Of a stretch of 64,000 nucleotides of DNA, positions 41,227-53,405 are shown in pieces (the first letter of the stretch is position 1; the number at the start of each line of letters is the position of its first letter). Below the pieces are notes generated by a model, which worked only from the letters and a program-made list of their open reading frames with translations, made no database searches and was not told the DNA's origin. The position numbers and the translations under genes were made by a program. Source of the DNA: Dimorphilus gyrociliatus (taxonomy: Eukaryota > Animalia > Annelida); contig CAJFCJ010000032.1 of the NCBI GenBank assembly GCA_904063045.1, positions 124,001 to 188,000 on the forward strand. Direction: 5' to 3'.

Positions 41227-44200
41227 GCGTAGTGTACTATCTAACGTCTTTTTTTCATATCAAACTGAAAAGCAATATAAAACTAATACTGTATACACAA
41301 CAAGTATATTCTTAGCACTGTATACCGTAGATTAATACATAGAAATATGAGAAACATTTAGAACACGCCTATTTTCTCTTCTGCTATCTGTTTGGACAGT
41401 ATTAAATTTTTCCCTACAAAGAAAGCCTAGTTTCATCTTTTTCATAGACCTAAGCACTTATAAAGATTCTTTTGTCTAAAGAATTACATATCAATAGTTA
41501 ATTCTGATTCTATTATTTATATTAATAGACAAACATATAATATATATATATATTAGTATATATATATATATAGATATATATAGAAAAAAATGAATTATTT
41601 CTTTAGTAGTTAACAATTACTTACGAATTGTGGAATATTTACACATTTTACTTTTATTAGTTAGAAGACGCTTATATTTTTTTTTTTTTATTTATATATT
41701 ATATTTTCTTCTATTTCCTTCCTTTTATCATTTTAACGTTCTCTTCCTCTCTCTCTCTCTCTCTCCCTTTTTCATACTTTTTAGTAATTCTCTTTAATTT
41801 TCACCAAAAATATACAAAGGAGCAACGATACTCGGTCTATTATTCACATTTTGATTTCTTTTTCTTGTTTATGTATGTATATGTATATTTATATATACAA
41901 TATATACAAGTTATTCGTATATATTCATTGATTTATTTGTTAATATATTTGTTTTTTCCTTTCTTTTCCACCGTTCCATAGTGCCGCTAGATTCGTCTAG
42001 AGATTATAGTAGTCCACGAAACTCGGGAATATCTAATCCAGCCATGACAGGTAAGAGTTTTTTTAGCTTTACATACTGTAGAATATGGTTTCATTTAAAA
42101 ACAGGATTTTTTTACTTTTACAAATGATCCATTAACTCGTATTAAGCTTATCTTCTACATTAAATCAACCCCCTCTTTTTTTTCTTCAGACAACGATATA
42201 GGATTAAAAGATATCAGGGTGGAAGATAAAGAACACGGTATGGATGATAATCACAATGATGGATTTGCAGCGCCATCACAGGTAAAAAGTTAGAATAATG
42301 AATAAATTAAAAGTGCTATTATGATAAGTTGACCTTTAGATTGGTAATATTATTTTAATCGATAAGACAAAGTTGTATTGTACAAGAACGGTCATTTTAC
42401 AGGAAGATAGAAATGAGCTATACCGGTTATAAAACCGTTCTTAATAAAGAGTGTGATATTGATATTTCCGTAAAATTAAATTGATACAGTCTTTCACAAG
42501 GATTTAATGAATTCTTTTAAATCATTGTTTTTAGCCTTACGTTGATACAAATGGATTGGAGAATAAGGATACCATGTTCTTCAGAGATGGACGAAGACGG
42601 ATTGACTTTATTATAACCTACGAAGATTTGCCAAATTCGGAAGACGATCTTCAATTCAAATTACTTCAAAAGCTAAAATTTGAAGAAGAATTGCAAAATC
42701 ATGGTATTGAATTAGAAGTAGAGCCAAAAACGGTAAATATACATACTATGTATATTAACAATATACGTATATACGTATAAATTTATAGTATATGCTAATA
42801 TGTATGTACTATATGTACAGTACAGTCGTAGAGCATTAGTTTAATTCTTGAACGTATTATTCACTAGTCCTATAAACTCTATATTAATAATTACGAATAT
42901 ACTATATATTGCATAAATTATACATTTAAATTGACTCTAAGCCTATATTAATTATTTTTCTTGTTAATTTTAGAATTCCGTTAATCAGACAACTAATTTT
43001 ATTAAACTCCACGTAACCTGGGATGGTCTTGTACGCGGAGCGGAACTTATTAAATTACAAAAGAGGCTAAAATTTGAAATGAGATCCGATTTAGAAGATT
43101 TTGGAGCTGATTGCGCAATGTGTCCCTGTTTCCTACCCAACGAAGTAATTACTGGACCGGACGATGATTTTTTTTCAGCCATCTTTACCAAGAAAGATAT
43201 GAATTTGTATGACAAAAAACCAATAATTTAGTGTATTTCGTAAAAGACTGACAATCTTTTATCCTTTGTAGATTTGATATTCAAAATGAAGAGTCATTCT
43301 TTACGAATGCTGAAAGAAGTCTAATTGCTCATGAATTTCTTCAAAGAGCAAAATATCCTGAAAATGATAAAGATGATACATTAAAACACGGAATAGCTGG
43401 TCTTGTTAACAGAGGAATTTACAAATCATACTTTCCTCTTCACGAACTACCTCCGGCAAAAATCAAAAAAAATTTACAATTTTTTGACGGTCCCGACGTT
43501 GACAGAAGGCGTCTTGTCGAAACTTGGGCTCGGTGGGGTAAAATGTTCCACTATCAGCCTCTTGACGTCATTCGCCGATACTTTGGTGAAAAGATAGGGA
43601 TATACTTTGCGTGGCTAGGTTTCTATACTGGTATGTTGGTTCCTGCTGCTTTTGTTGGCTTAGCAGTTTTCATATATGGCATATTGACTTTTAACAGTCA
43701 TCAACCAGTGTAAGAAAAACTAATATATATTTTACTATGTTTATATTTGTTTTACCCGTTTCTTTAGGAAAGATATCTGTGATACAAATGGAGTAGGAGA
43801 TATTGTTCTATGTCCTAAATGCGATGAAAGATGCACTTTTACAAGGCTTCATAGAAGCTGTATCTATTCAAAAATTACTCAAATTTTTGACAATTATGCA
43901 ACAGTTGCTTTCGCAGTATTTATGGCAATATGGGCAACATTCTTCCTTGAATTTTGGAAGCGAAAGGAATGTCTCCTCCAATACGATTGGGACGTGGCCG
44001 GCTTCGAAGAAGATGAAAAAATGCGTCCCGAGTACGAATTCAAATTAAAACCAAAAAAGAAGAAAAATAAGAATATTAGAATAAATCCTATAACGGCCGA
44101 AGCGGAACCTCATATGCCAGTATGGAGTAAAACAACAAGAAAATGTTTCTCTTTTTCAGTTATACTTTTTATGATAGCCCTTGTACTAGCAGCAATATTT

Positions 44201-45705
44201 GGCGTTATTGTCTATAGAATGATTATAGTAGGCGTCTTTTACGCAGTTCATCACGAAAAAATTCAAGAGTTTGCTGGAATTATTACTTCAATAACTGGAG
44301 CGATTATTAATTTAATTGCTATAACACTATTAAATATGATTTATCAAAAATTGGCTTATAAGCTTACTGAAATGGAGTCTCCAAGAACTCAAACGAAATT
44401 CGACGATAGCTTTACCTTTAAGATGTTCTTCTTTCAATTTGTTAATTACTACGGTTCTATCTTTTATATAGCCTTTTTCAAGGGAAAGTTCTCAGGAAGA
44501 CCTGGCGATGTTTCCACGTATTTCTTGAAAAAATACCGTCAGGATGAATGCGATCCAGCCGGTTGTATAGTCGACTTATTTATACAATTGGCAATTATTA
44601 TGACTGGTAAACAAATTTTGAATAATTTCAAAGAGATTGCTATTCCTTGGTTAGCTAAATTTTGTAAGTCTAGAACTGCAAAGGATGAAACAGAAGAAAA
44701 CAAGTAAGAATTACATTCTACTTGTAATTCTAGCAAATTTTAACCCTTTCCCCTCCCTTTCTCCAATATAGATATATGAGATGGGAACAGGACAATGATC
44801 TTCCTCCGGCTCCTGACACTATATTTGACGAGTATCTAGAAATGGTTATTCAATACGGTTTTATTACGATTTTCGTTGCCGCATTTCCTTTAGCACCTCT
44901 AATGGCTCTACTTAATAATATTGTTGAGATTCGTTTAGACGCTATTAAATTTGTCAATATCTGGAAAAGGCCTGTAGCTACTAAGGCTCAAGATATAGGA
45001 GCTTGGTACAGTATCCTAAAGTTTCTAACATTTATTGCTGTTCTATCAAACGCATTTATAATTGCTTGGACATCGGAATTTGTGCCGAAACTTGTCTACG
45101 AATTCTCAGATTTAGTTACATCAAACAAAACCCTCGACGGTTACGTCGAACACAAATTGTCTTTCTTTAATGTGTCCGATTACGACTCGGTCAACAAAAA
45201 TACTGGTCCAAACGAAAATAATTGGAAAATTGACGAAGAGGAGGGAAAAGCAAACTTAACTTTTTGCCGTTTTGCTGGATACTACGCTTACAACTCTAAC
45301 GAGACAGAATATAAGAATCGCTACGAACATACGAAATTCTATTGGAGAGTTTTACTAGCAAGGGTTTCCGTTGTTATCATTTTCGAGCATTTAGGTAAAA
45401 AATAAATAGTATTATTCTTTATCAGTTAATAACACAAATCAATTAGCCTAAAGTTTATTTTGAGCCTTTTTTTTTCTCGAACAGTGTTTCTAATAACCTG
45501 GATAGTTGGCTTGCTTATACCCGACGTTCCGGCGAGAGTTCAGCAGCTGGAAACCTACCAGAAACAATTAGTTCGTCACCTTCTCTATCAACAAATGGAC
45601 GCTGATAAAGTAAACGAGAGATCGTTGAGCGATGGCCTACGGAAGAGGAATAGTTCACGTTATTCAAACAACGCATACGGCGGAGATGACATCTATCCCT
45701 ATTAA
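39576..45705 (+). CDS. Anoctamin/TMEM16 Ca2+-activated channel/scramblase (exons 39576-39594, 41982-42050, 42190-42281, 42535-42732, 42974-43206, 43272-43709, 43768-44703, 44772-45394, 45485-45705; 942 aa)
   Basis: Motifs FFRDGRRRIDFI, QPLDVIRRYFGEKIGIYFAWLGFYT, WATFFLEFWKR, FDEYLEMVIQYGF and LNNIVEIRLDA, with Ca2+-binding acidic residues intact. The first three small exons are inferred from phase fit and are less certain. Confidence 0.93.
40506..40519 (-). promoter_or_regulatory. CTCF-like motif in anoctamin intron 1
   Basis: CCTGTAGATGGCGT on the minus strand. Confidence 0.5.
41177..41222. repeat. (TA)n microsatellite
   Basis: Longest uninterrupted TA tract seen (~46 nt). Confidence 0.95.
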
Positions 45706-46350
45706 ACTAGAAAAGAGATAGCGGTCGAGTACAACGTTTAGAGAATATGGCAGAAAACAATTCAGTCGATAAAAAGGGAAAATTGAAAATAAGATAAAAA
45801 AAACATTGTTCTATCCTTCTACTATTAATTTAGAAATTGTTCAAAACCCTTGAATAGAGTAAAAGGTATTGAATGAAAAAATTTGTATTTGTACTGTTTT
45901 TCTGTCCTTCCTCGAAACCTTCCTTTTTTTTGTGCAATCCTTTAAATTGATATCTTCATCGTCTTGTTTATTGTAATTTGTTTATTTTATTATTATTTTT
46001 TTAATAAAGAGAAAAAACACTTAATTCATAAAAAAAGGAGAAAAATATGAAACAATTTTGTATTAATCCTTTTCTAAACGTTTTTGTTTTTTGGCTAATT
46101 TCTTTTGTTTCTTTCTTTCGGTTAAAACCTTAAGTCTCCTGTAGGAAATAGATATAGAATATATAAATAAAATCTACTATAGAGCAAGTAGGCAGTAATA
46201 TATATAATTGGAAGAAAAAACAATATATACTGTAGTATTCTGTTGAATAATGCAATATTCAATAAATGGATGTCAAAAGTCAATCAATTTTTAAGTCTCT
46301 ACAGACTGTATATATCGATTTACGTTTAATTAAATGATATCCTTTATTAT

Positions 46351-46976
46351 TTACCTTTTTCTTTTTTCCGATATAGGCTTTAGAGGAGAATCTTTTGATC
46401 CTTTTTTCATATTTAATAGGTCAACATTAAATTTTTCGTTAAATTTCGCTATATTTAATGCAGCCTCTGTTTCTTTATTCACACGTCTCATAAATGCAGC
46501 ATCAGTTTCTTTTTTCTTTTGTTTGAATGATTTAGGTGTAGCGACTGGCTTCGTCATGCCTTTCAAAGTGACGCCATATTCAATTTCAGCTTTCGTTTCT
46601 AAATGAATATAGAATAAATTGAATTTCTTTCATTTGGTATTATGATCAATAAGACAAACTTTTCTTTCGTTTATCAGGAGCATTCTTAAAAGCAAACAAA
46701 TCTTTAAGCGATCTGGGAGCCTTTTGTTCCATATCCGGAACCTCGTTGATTTGTTTCGAACCTCGCCTATTAAAAAATGTTAAGCAGCCTGAAATCGTTT
46801 AAAACCTTCCTTTATATTACTTACTTCTTTTTAGCATTGGTCTCTTGGGAATCGGGGTCCATATTTTTTATTTTCTTATGTCTTTGGCTCTTTTGAGGTT
46901 TACCGATTCGTTTCTTGTTATCTACCTTTTTCGTCTTGTCTATCTTTTTCTTGTTGTTAGTTTTTTTCTTTTTCAT
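46351..46976 (-). CDS. CCDC137: Coiled-coil domain-containing protein 137-like, Lys-rich (exons 46976-46825, 46766-46660, 46598-46351; 168 aa)
   Basis: Motifs RHKKIKNMDP and GMTKPVATPKSFKQKKKETDAAFMRRVNKE resemble CCDC137. Introns of 58 and 61 nt are in phase. Confidence 0.75.
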
Positions 46977-47360
46977 CTTTATTTCAATGATTTTCCCGCC
47001 TAGATTAACAGAAAACTTGTCTACACTTTTTCAAATGGGTAAAGCACGTTTTATTTTATAAATTTAGCAGACGATTTTTTGTTTTCAATTAGCGCCACCA
47101 TACGGTCATACGTATAGTGAAAATACAAGTCTGTTTCTTAGTTGATAAATCGATTATTGTATTTAAAAAAGCCGACGAAAATAATTAAAGAATATTCTAT
47201 TAAAGAATTAGCCTTGTTGTCTAATTTCTTCCGTTTTAATATATATATTAATATACTGTATATATACTTTATTGATCTACATAGATTTTATGCATTTTGT
47301 GTTCAAAAAACACAGAAAAAAGTAAACAAAACATAAAAATCTTATAGAGGTATTTTCTTA

Positions 47361-48205
47361 TTAGTCAATGGTAACAGTTCCTCCAACTTTTTCTAATGCA
47401 GCCTTCAATGCTTCGGCTTCTTCTTTTGGAATATCAGCTTTTACTGTTTGAGGTAAACTTTCGACAAACTTTTTCGACTATTTGAAAAAACACAGACTCA
47501 TTAGATCATTAACAATCAATTAAGAACATCATTTTCTTAATAAATGGTATTATTCAACTACCTGAACTAAATTCATTCCAGCAACTTGGCTCTTTATTTC
47601 CTTTATTAAAGGTACTTTCTTAGTTTCATCGTATTTCTCCAATTTAACACTAAAAATTGTTTTGACCACCTTTTCTTCTTGTTCTTCTTCTACTTCTTTC
47701 GTTGCTTGGGCAGGCATTGCTCCTACAGCAAACGCTGGTGTATCCGGTATATTAAGTGTTTTCTGTTTTATATTGGAAAAAATATTGCAATTAATTTTAT
47801 TAAATCAATTTAAAAGTTCTTTCATTGGTATTTGTTTAATTAGACTTTTTGAAATAAACGAAGAAAATATGATATAAAACACCATATTTTTTTTATTCGA
47901 TAAACTATAATAACATTTTCATCTCTTAAAATATACCTTTAATAATTCATTTAGGTCGGCTACTTCAATTAACGTCAAATTTGATATCTCGTTTACAATA
48001 TTGTGAATCTTTTCGGGAAATTTCTTTTCCGTTCCATCGATATGAGGAGCAGATAGAGTCGAGCAAAGTCTTTTCGAGGCCAACGAATTTAATGATCTGC
48101 TCAGAATAGAATGATTGTCTTAAAGGAAAGTTATTAAATAAAGAATAGCACTTACCGGCGAATTGATAATCTATATAATTGTGTAATAGGTACTCGGAAC
48201 AACAT
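47361..48205 (-). CDS. MRPL12: Mitochondrial ribosomal protein L12 (bL12m; exons 48205-48156, 48096-47937, 47762-47562, 47477-47361; 175 aa)
   Basis: Arg/Leu/Ser-rich targeting peptide, then [28 protein letters not shown]|[24 protein letters not shown]|SKKFVESLP and ALEKVGGTV. Confidence 0.93.
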
Positions 48206-48510
48206 TCTTCTTGATTATTTACTTCTTTATTAACTAATAATTAATTATAACACGTGGGGTGTTATTATCAAGGTCGAGGTCAACGTGAGGAGAAGGACAG
48301 TATCGCACTTATTTTTTCATAACGAACAGCTTAAACACATAACTCCCAAACCAATTAAGTATTAATTAAAAAATAATAATAATAATAAATTAAATATTTC
48401 GAAAAAAATTCTTGGCAAAGTGATTATGTGTACTAATATTTCAGTGCGACCTACTCGACCACTTCCTCTTTGCCACGTCTACTGCTCGAGCCGATAACTT
48501 CTTGAAGAAA
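48206..48510. promoter_or_regulatory. Bidirectional promoter region MRPL12 / P4HB with an XBP1/UPRE-like GCCACGT at 48472-48478
   Basis: Head-to-head ATGs are about 305 bp apart. TGCCACGTCT lies ~30 nt before the PDI ATG, and there is a CACGTG E-box near 48252. Confidence 0.55.
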
Positions 48511-50762
48511 ATGTGGAAAATTGTTGTTTTTTCTGTCTGTTTGGCAATAATTAATGCCGCAGACCCAACTATAGAGGAAGAAGAAAAGGTGCTAGTTCTC
48601 AATGACAAAAACTTTGATTTCGCTCTCGAAAATAACAAGCACATTATGGTTGAATTTTGTAAGTTGTTAATTGAACATGTAACTTTATCTTATTTTTCAG
48701 GTTTAGCTAAAATGTTGAGAAAAATTAACATTACTATTAAATAACTATTCTAATATTCTAATTAAAATCATCAGTTAAAGTTAATAACATTACGGATTTT
48801 ATGTTAAAAAGAATGTGGTAGGTAGAAGTTCACAGCCTGCCTATAGTGTAAATTTCACAAGATATGTACGTTATAGCTTATCACTTTTTCACATTACAGA
48901 GGATTGTTATAATATTTATAAAAGAGAGAGACAAAAAACAAAAGGTTAGAAGGTTAGCTAAAAATAACGCGTTCGGGCAAGCTAAGAATGCCAACATTCA
49001 TCCTATTTAGGATAGAAAATTAAATTAAATTTTTTTCTACAAATTAGAAATGCCCGATGTTATGGTCATTTAATTACTGTTTTATTATAGATAATAACAC
49101 AAATAGTGTTAATTACATATAATGAAACACTGTCATATTTTCTATTTAATTGGAAAAACTTATTATTATTCGTATTGATCATTCTTTTCTTCTTCAAACA
49201 GATGCTCCATGGTGTGGACATTGTAAAGCTCTAGCTCCTGAATATGCAAAGGCTGCCGCACAACTATCTGATGAACAATCTGAAATTAAACTTGCTAAAG
49301 TTGATGCAACGGAATTTACAAAGTTGGCTGAGAAGCACGATGTTAGAGGCTATCCAACCATCAAATTTTTCAGAAACGGAAAACCTATCGAATTCCAAGG
49401 TATATGACTTATTGTCAACCATTTTGTTAAATAATTATAGACAGCGACATCAACTTTATCAGTTGTTTACTTATTATCTTCCTTTTTCTTAAATAGCCGG
49501 TCGTCAAGCCAGCGATATTGTCAACTGGTTGAAGAAAAAGACTGGGCCAGTTGCCGAAACTTTAGAAACTGTCGATGCCGCTAAGGTTCTTATTGAAAAG
49601 AACGATGTTGTCACAATCGGTTTCTTTAGCAGCGCTGATTCAGCCAGCGCTAAAACTTTCTTGGAAGTTGCCGCTACAGTTGATGATATGCCTTTTGCCG
49701 TTTCTTACAACGAAGACGTACGTAGCGAATACGAAGTCAAAGATAAAGACGCAGCAATTGTTCTATTTAAGAAGTTCGATGAGGGAAAAGTCGTCTTTGA
49801 CGGTACGAATTTGTTATTATCAAAATATTTAATAAAGATGATAACCTCGATTCGATAAGAGTCGGAATGAATAACGCAAATATTCCAATCGATAATTTTG
49901 TCTTTTTTTAGGAGAAATTACTGAAGAAAGCGTCAAAACTTTTATCACCGGAAACCAGCTACCACTTGTCATTGAATTCACCCAAGATTCCGCCCAAAAA
50001 GTTTTCGGTGGTGAAATTAAAAATCACGTATTACTTTTCGTCAGCAAGAAATCTGACAAATTCAATGAATTAACCGCAAACTTTAAGGAATCAGCTCAAA
50101 AATTCAAGGGTAAAGTATTGTTTATCTACATCAATATTGATGAAGAAGACAACCAAAGAATCTTGGAGTTTTTCGCACTCAAGATGGAAGAATGTCCAGC
50201 CGTCAGATACATTGCTCTTGGCGATGATATGACCAAATTCAAATTCGAAGCCGAAGAAATCACAACTGATAACGTCAACAACTTTGTCCAAGAAGTTTTG
50301 GATGGTAAAATCAAACCCCATTTGATGACTGAAGAAGTTCCAGCAGATTGGGATTCCAAGCCCGTCAAAGTTCTCGTCGGAAAGAACTTTAATGAAGTTG
50401 CTAGAGACGAAAAGAAATCTGTATTTGTTGAATTCTACGCCCCATGGTGCGGACACTGCAAACAGTTGGCTCCTATCTGGGATGAGTTAGGACAAAACTA
50501 CGAAAATACCGAAGATGTAGTTATTGCTAAGATGGACGCCACTGCTAACGAATTGGAAGACATCAAAGTACAGAGCTTCCCAACCATTAAATTTTTCCCA
50601 AAAGGCTCAAATGAAGTAATTGATTACAATGGGGAAAGAACCCTTAAAGCTTTCGAAAAGTTTATCGCTTCTGGCGGTAAAGACCAAGGAGAGCCTTCAA
50701 AAGAAGAGGAAGAAGAAGAAGAGCCAGAAACTCACGAAGATCACGACAAGGACGAATTATAA
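48511..50762 (+). CDS. P4HB: Protein disulfide-isomerase (exons 48511-48658, 49202-49399, 49497-49802, 49912-50762; 500 aa)
   Basis: Signal peptide, two APWCGHC active sites, a-b-b'-a' layout, acidic tail and C-terminal KDEL. Confidence 0.97.
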
Positions 50763-51595
50763 ATGCTGGCATTCCCCAGTTTGAAGTTATAGTTAAAAAA
50801 AATTACAAAATATTGAAATATTGAAATATATATTTTACTTAGGTTTCGTAAAAGACTTATTTGGTAACACGTTTTTGTTTGTGCTTTCTAAAAATTGAAA
50901 TGAACTTCTTAATGTGGAAAAAAAAACAAATAAATTTGCCTTGTTTAGTTAATGAAAAAGAAACAAAACAACCAAAAGAGAACATGCATACCAATATTAC
51001 ATGGATAATGGTCCAAAAGTATTAGTTTCTCCGTTTTTATAGAATTGTGTAGAAAATAATCAAACATTGAGAATGTGTTCGTTGAATTTTTATTTATTAG
51101 GTGAAGGAATAGTATTGAATGTTTTCAAAAGAAAATATCTTTGGTATAAAGTATTAGTAATAGTATTGTTGGAATTGATAATATACCTACTTTATGTTTT
51201 TTCAATACTATTTTTATCATTTTTCATAGAACAAGATTAGCGAAATATAATATATATATATATATATATAAGCTATAGGTTTATGGTTTCTACGAAGACA
51301 GACTGACAAAATCAACCAATAGGTTAATAGTTCCGCATATATTATATTTTGCATAATTGCGATATATTTATAGTATTATCGGCGGTTAATGTATTTTACA
51401 AAATTTGTTCTATAGAGTACTTTATCTAAAAGGTAAAGCAGTACATAACAATAATATTAATCAATAAACTATACAACAGTTGGCGCATGGCTGACTATAT
51501 ACTCAATACTATCACAAGATCTCTACTCCGAACAGACTACTAGCTGAAAATCGTTCTTCGTCTGACGAGAGTTTCCTTGCACCTACCTATGAAAT

Positions 51596-52433
51596 ATGGA
51601 GAGAAATCAGACAGTTATTACCAGTAAGTGCAATACACTTCACCTCAGTTTCAAGTTTTATAAAATACCTTGGAATACTATAAGAATAAACTGTGGAAAA
51701 CGAATTGACACTGGCAAGGGGGCGTATTGATTAAATTACGGACTTTTGACTATCCTAATGACTAATAGGGATTTTTTACTCTTTTTGTATTAATTATAAC
51801 TAATGAATTAGCCCGGATTTTAACACATTTTTTTTTCATTTTTATTCAGCGACGACGACAACCACGACGGAGGAAAACTCTGGTATAATGGATAGAGCCT
51901 ATTACAGAGGTATTCCTGCTGTTACGAAGGCTTTTGAAGCAATCTTATCTCTAATTGCATTTATTCTTATCATGGTGGCTCCATCTTGTGTCAAGACATC
52001 GATTACAGCTGGATATTTCAAGTTTGTTACCATAACAGCTTTCATATTAGTTTGCATAGTATGGCTATTATTTCTCTGCAAATTACAAAGAAGAATATTT
52101 AGGTGTACATGTATAAATTGGCCATTTTTAGTATGTTTTACATATATTCTTTTAAATGCATTTTAGTTTAATTTTGGAAATTTCCTGTCTTTTTCACAAC
52201 TACAGATGTTTGCCTTTTACGGCATAATATGCGTTTTCTATTTTTTTGGAGACCTTATTTTGGCTGTTCAAGCCTGCAATGGAGTTGAAAAAGCTAGTGT
52301 AGCTTTCGGTTTCTTGGCCCTATTTGCATTTTTATTCGATTTTGGTTTCTCCGTTCGAGATTATATAATGGCTAGGAGAGGCTTGAACAAAGCCATAAGA
52401 GAGACAACGAACGTTGCCGAAGGAAAATATTAA
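51596..52433 (+). CDS. MARVEL-domain four-TM protein, CMTM/plasmolipin-like (exons 51596-51623, 51850-52130, 52206-52433; 178 aa)
   Basis: Thr-rich N-terminus (VITTTTTTTT) and four hydrophobic helices, with INWP and FGFLALFAFLFD motifs typical of MARVEL proteins. The family assignment rests on pattern only. Confidence 0.72.
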
Positions 52434-53405
52434 AACTGTTAAAATGTTCAAAAGAAAGTTTGCAAAGTTTGCTACTGCTCATATAGAATGAATGATTTAT
52501 GAAAGCTACGGAACAAATTGAATGTCCGCTAGGGAAAAAAAGCACCATATGTACAAAATAAAGACTAAAAACTGCATTTAATATGCTAAAAAAAAGAAAT
52601 CAATTTTTGCCCCACATTTTATTAATGTATTTACAAAGTTTCTTCTCAGTTTTGCCAAATATGCTTGTAAAATGTATAAATATATAGCTCTGGTTCAATT
52701 TGCAAAGAATTCATTAATAGAAAAACATGCAAAAAACATACAGTTCGTAGATTTTTGCAATAGAAAAATAGACTTTTTCATTGTTCTACAATACACTTCG
52801 GAGTTTGAAAAAGTTTAATAGTTACTTACCAACCGAATATCTTGCAGTCAGTTGTCCATCAGTTGAACTATAGACATTTAGAGATGTCTATATGTTATAA
52901 CCCAAACCCAACAAATATCTACTAGAAATATGAATTCATCCCCAACCCAATAGAATTGAATTGAACACTTTTTAATTATCATTCATTAGACGTTTATTAT
53001 TTTTTAAACATAATCGATTTATAACTGAAACTTTTGAAACGGTACGCTTACAATTTGGCACCTTGATTTTATAGTCAAACAAACAAATATATATTTATAT
53101 TTAGTCATTTTTCTGTCGAGGAAAGAAAAAAAAAACAAACATTACATTTTTTTTTTTGGAATGGGTACACGGGAGTTTTATAGGCTTTAATAAATGAATA
53201 AGCAACGTCTTCGAAGGATTAATGTTAACAGTGATCCCAAACCACAATAAAATAGCATACATTCAACAATTTTTTTGTTAAAGGCTCATAAGTCTGAAAA
53301 TAAATTTTCTACAATAGTTGAATATAAATTTTTCTATATATAGTTTGCTTTATTATTTTTTATATTTTGTTTGCTTCTTTAATGAATTTATTTTCACTTA
53401 CAAAC

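Noticed and set aside
46789-46824. Apparent 36-nt ultra-short intron in CCDC137
   Set aside because: Using that acceptor runs into an in-frame TAA; the next AG (46767) gives a normal 58-nt intron and an open frame.
48097-48119. First AG acceptor in MRPL12 intron 1, suggesting a frameshift or pseudogene
   Set aside because: The downstream CAG at 48097 restores frame with a typical 59-nt intron.
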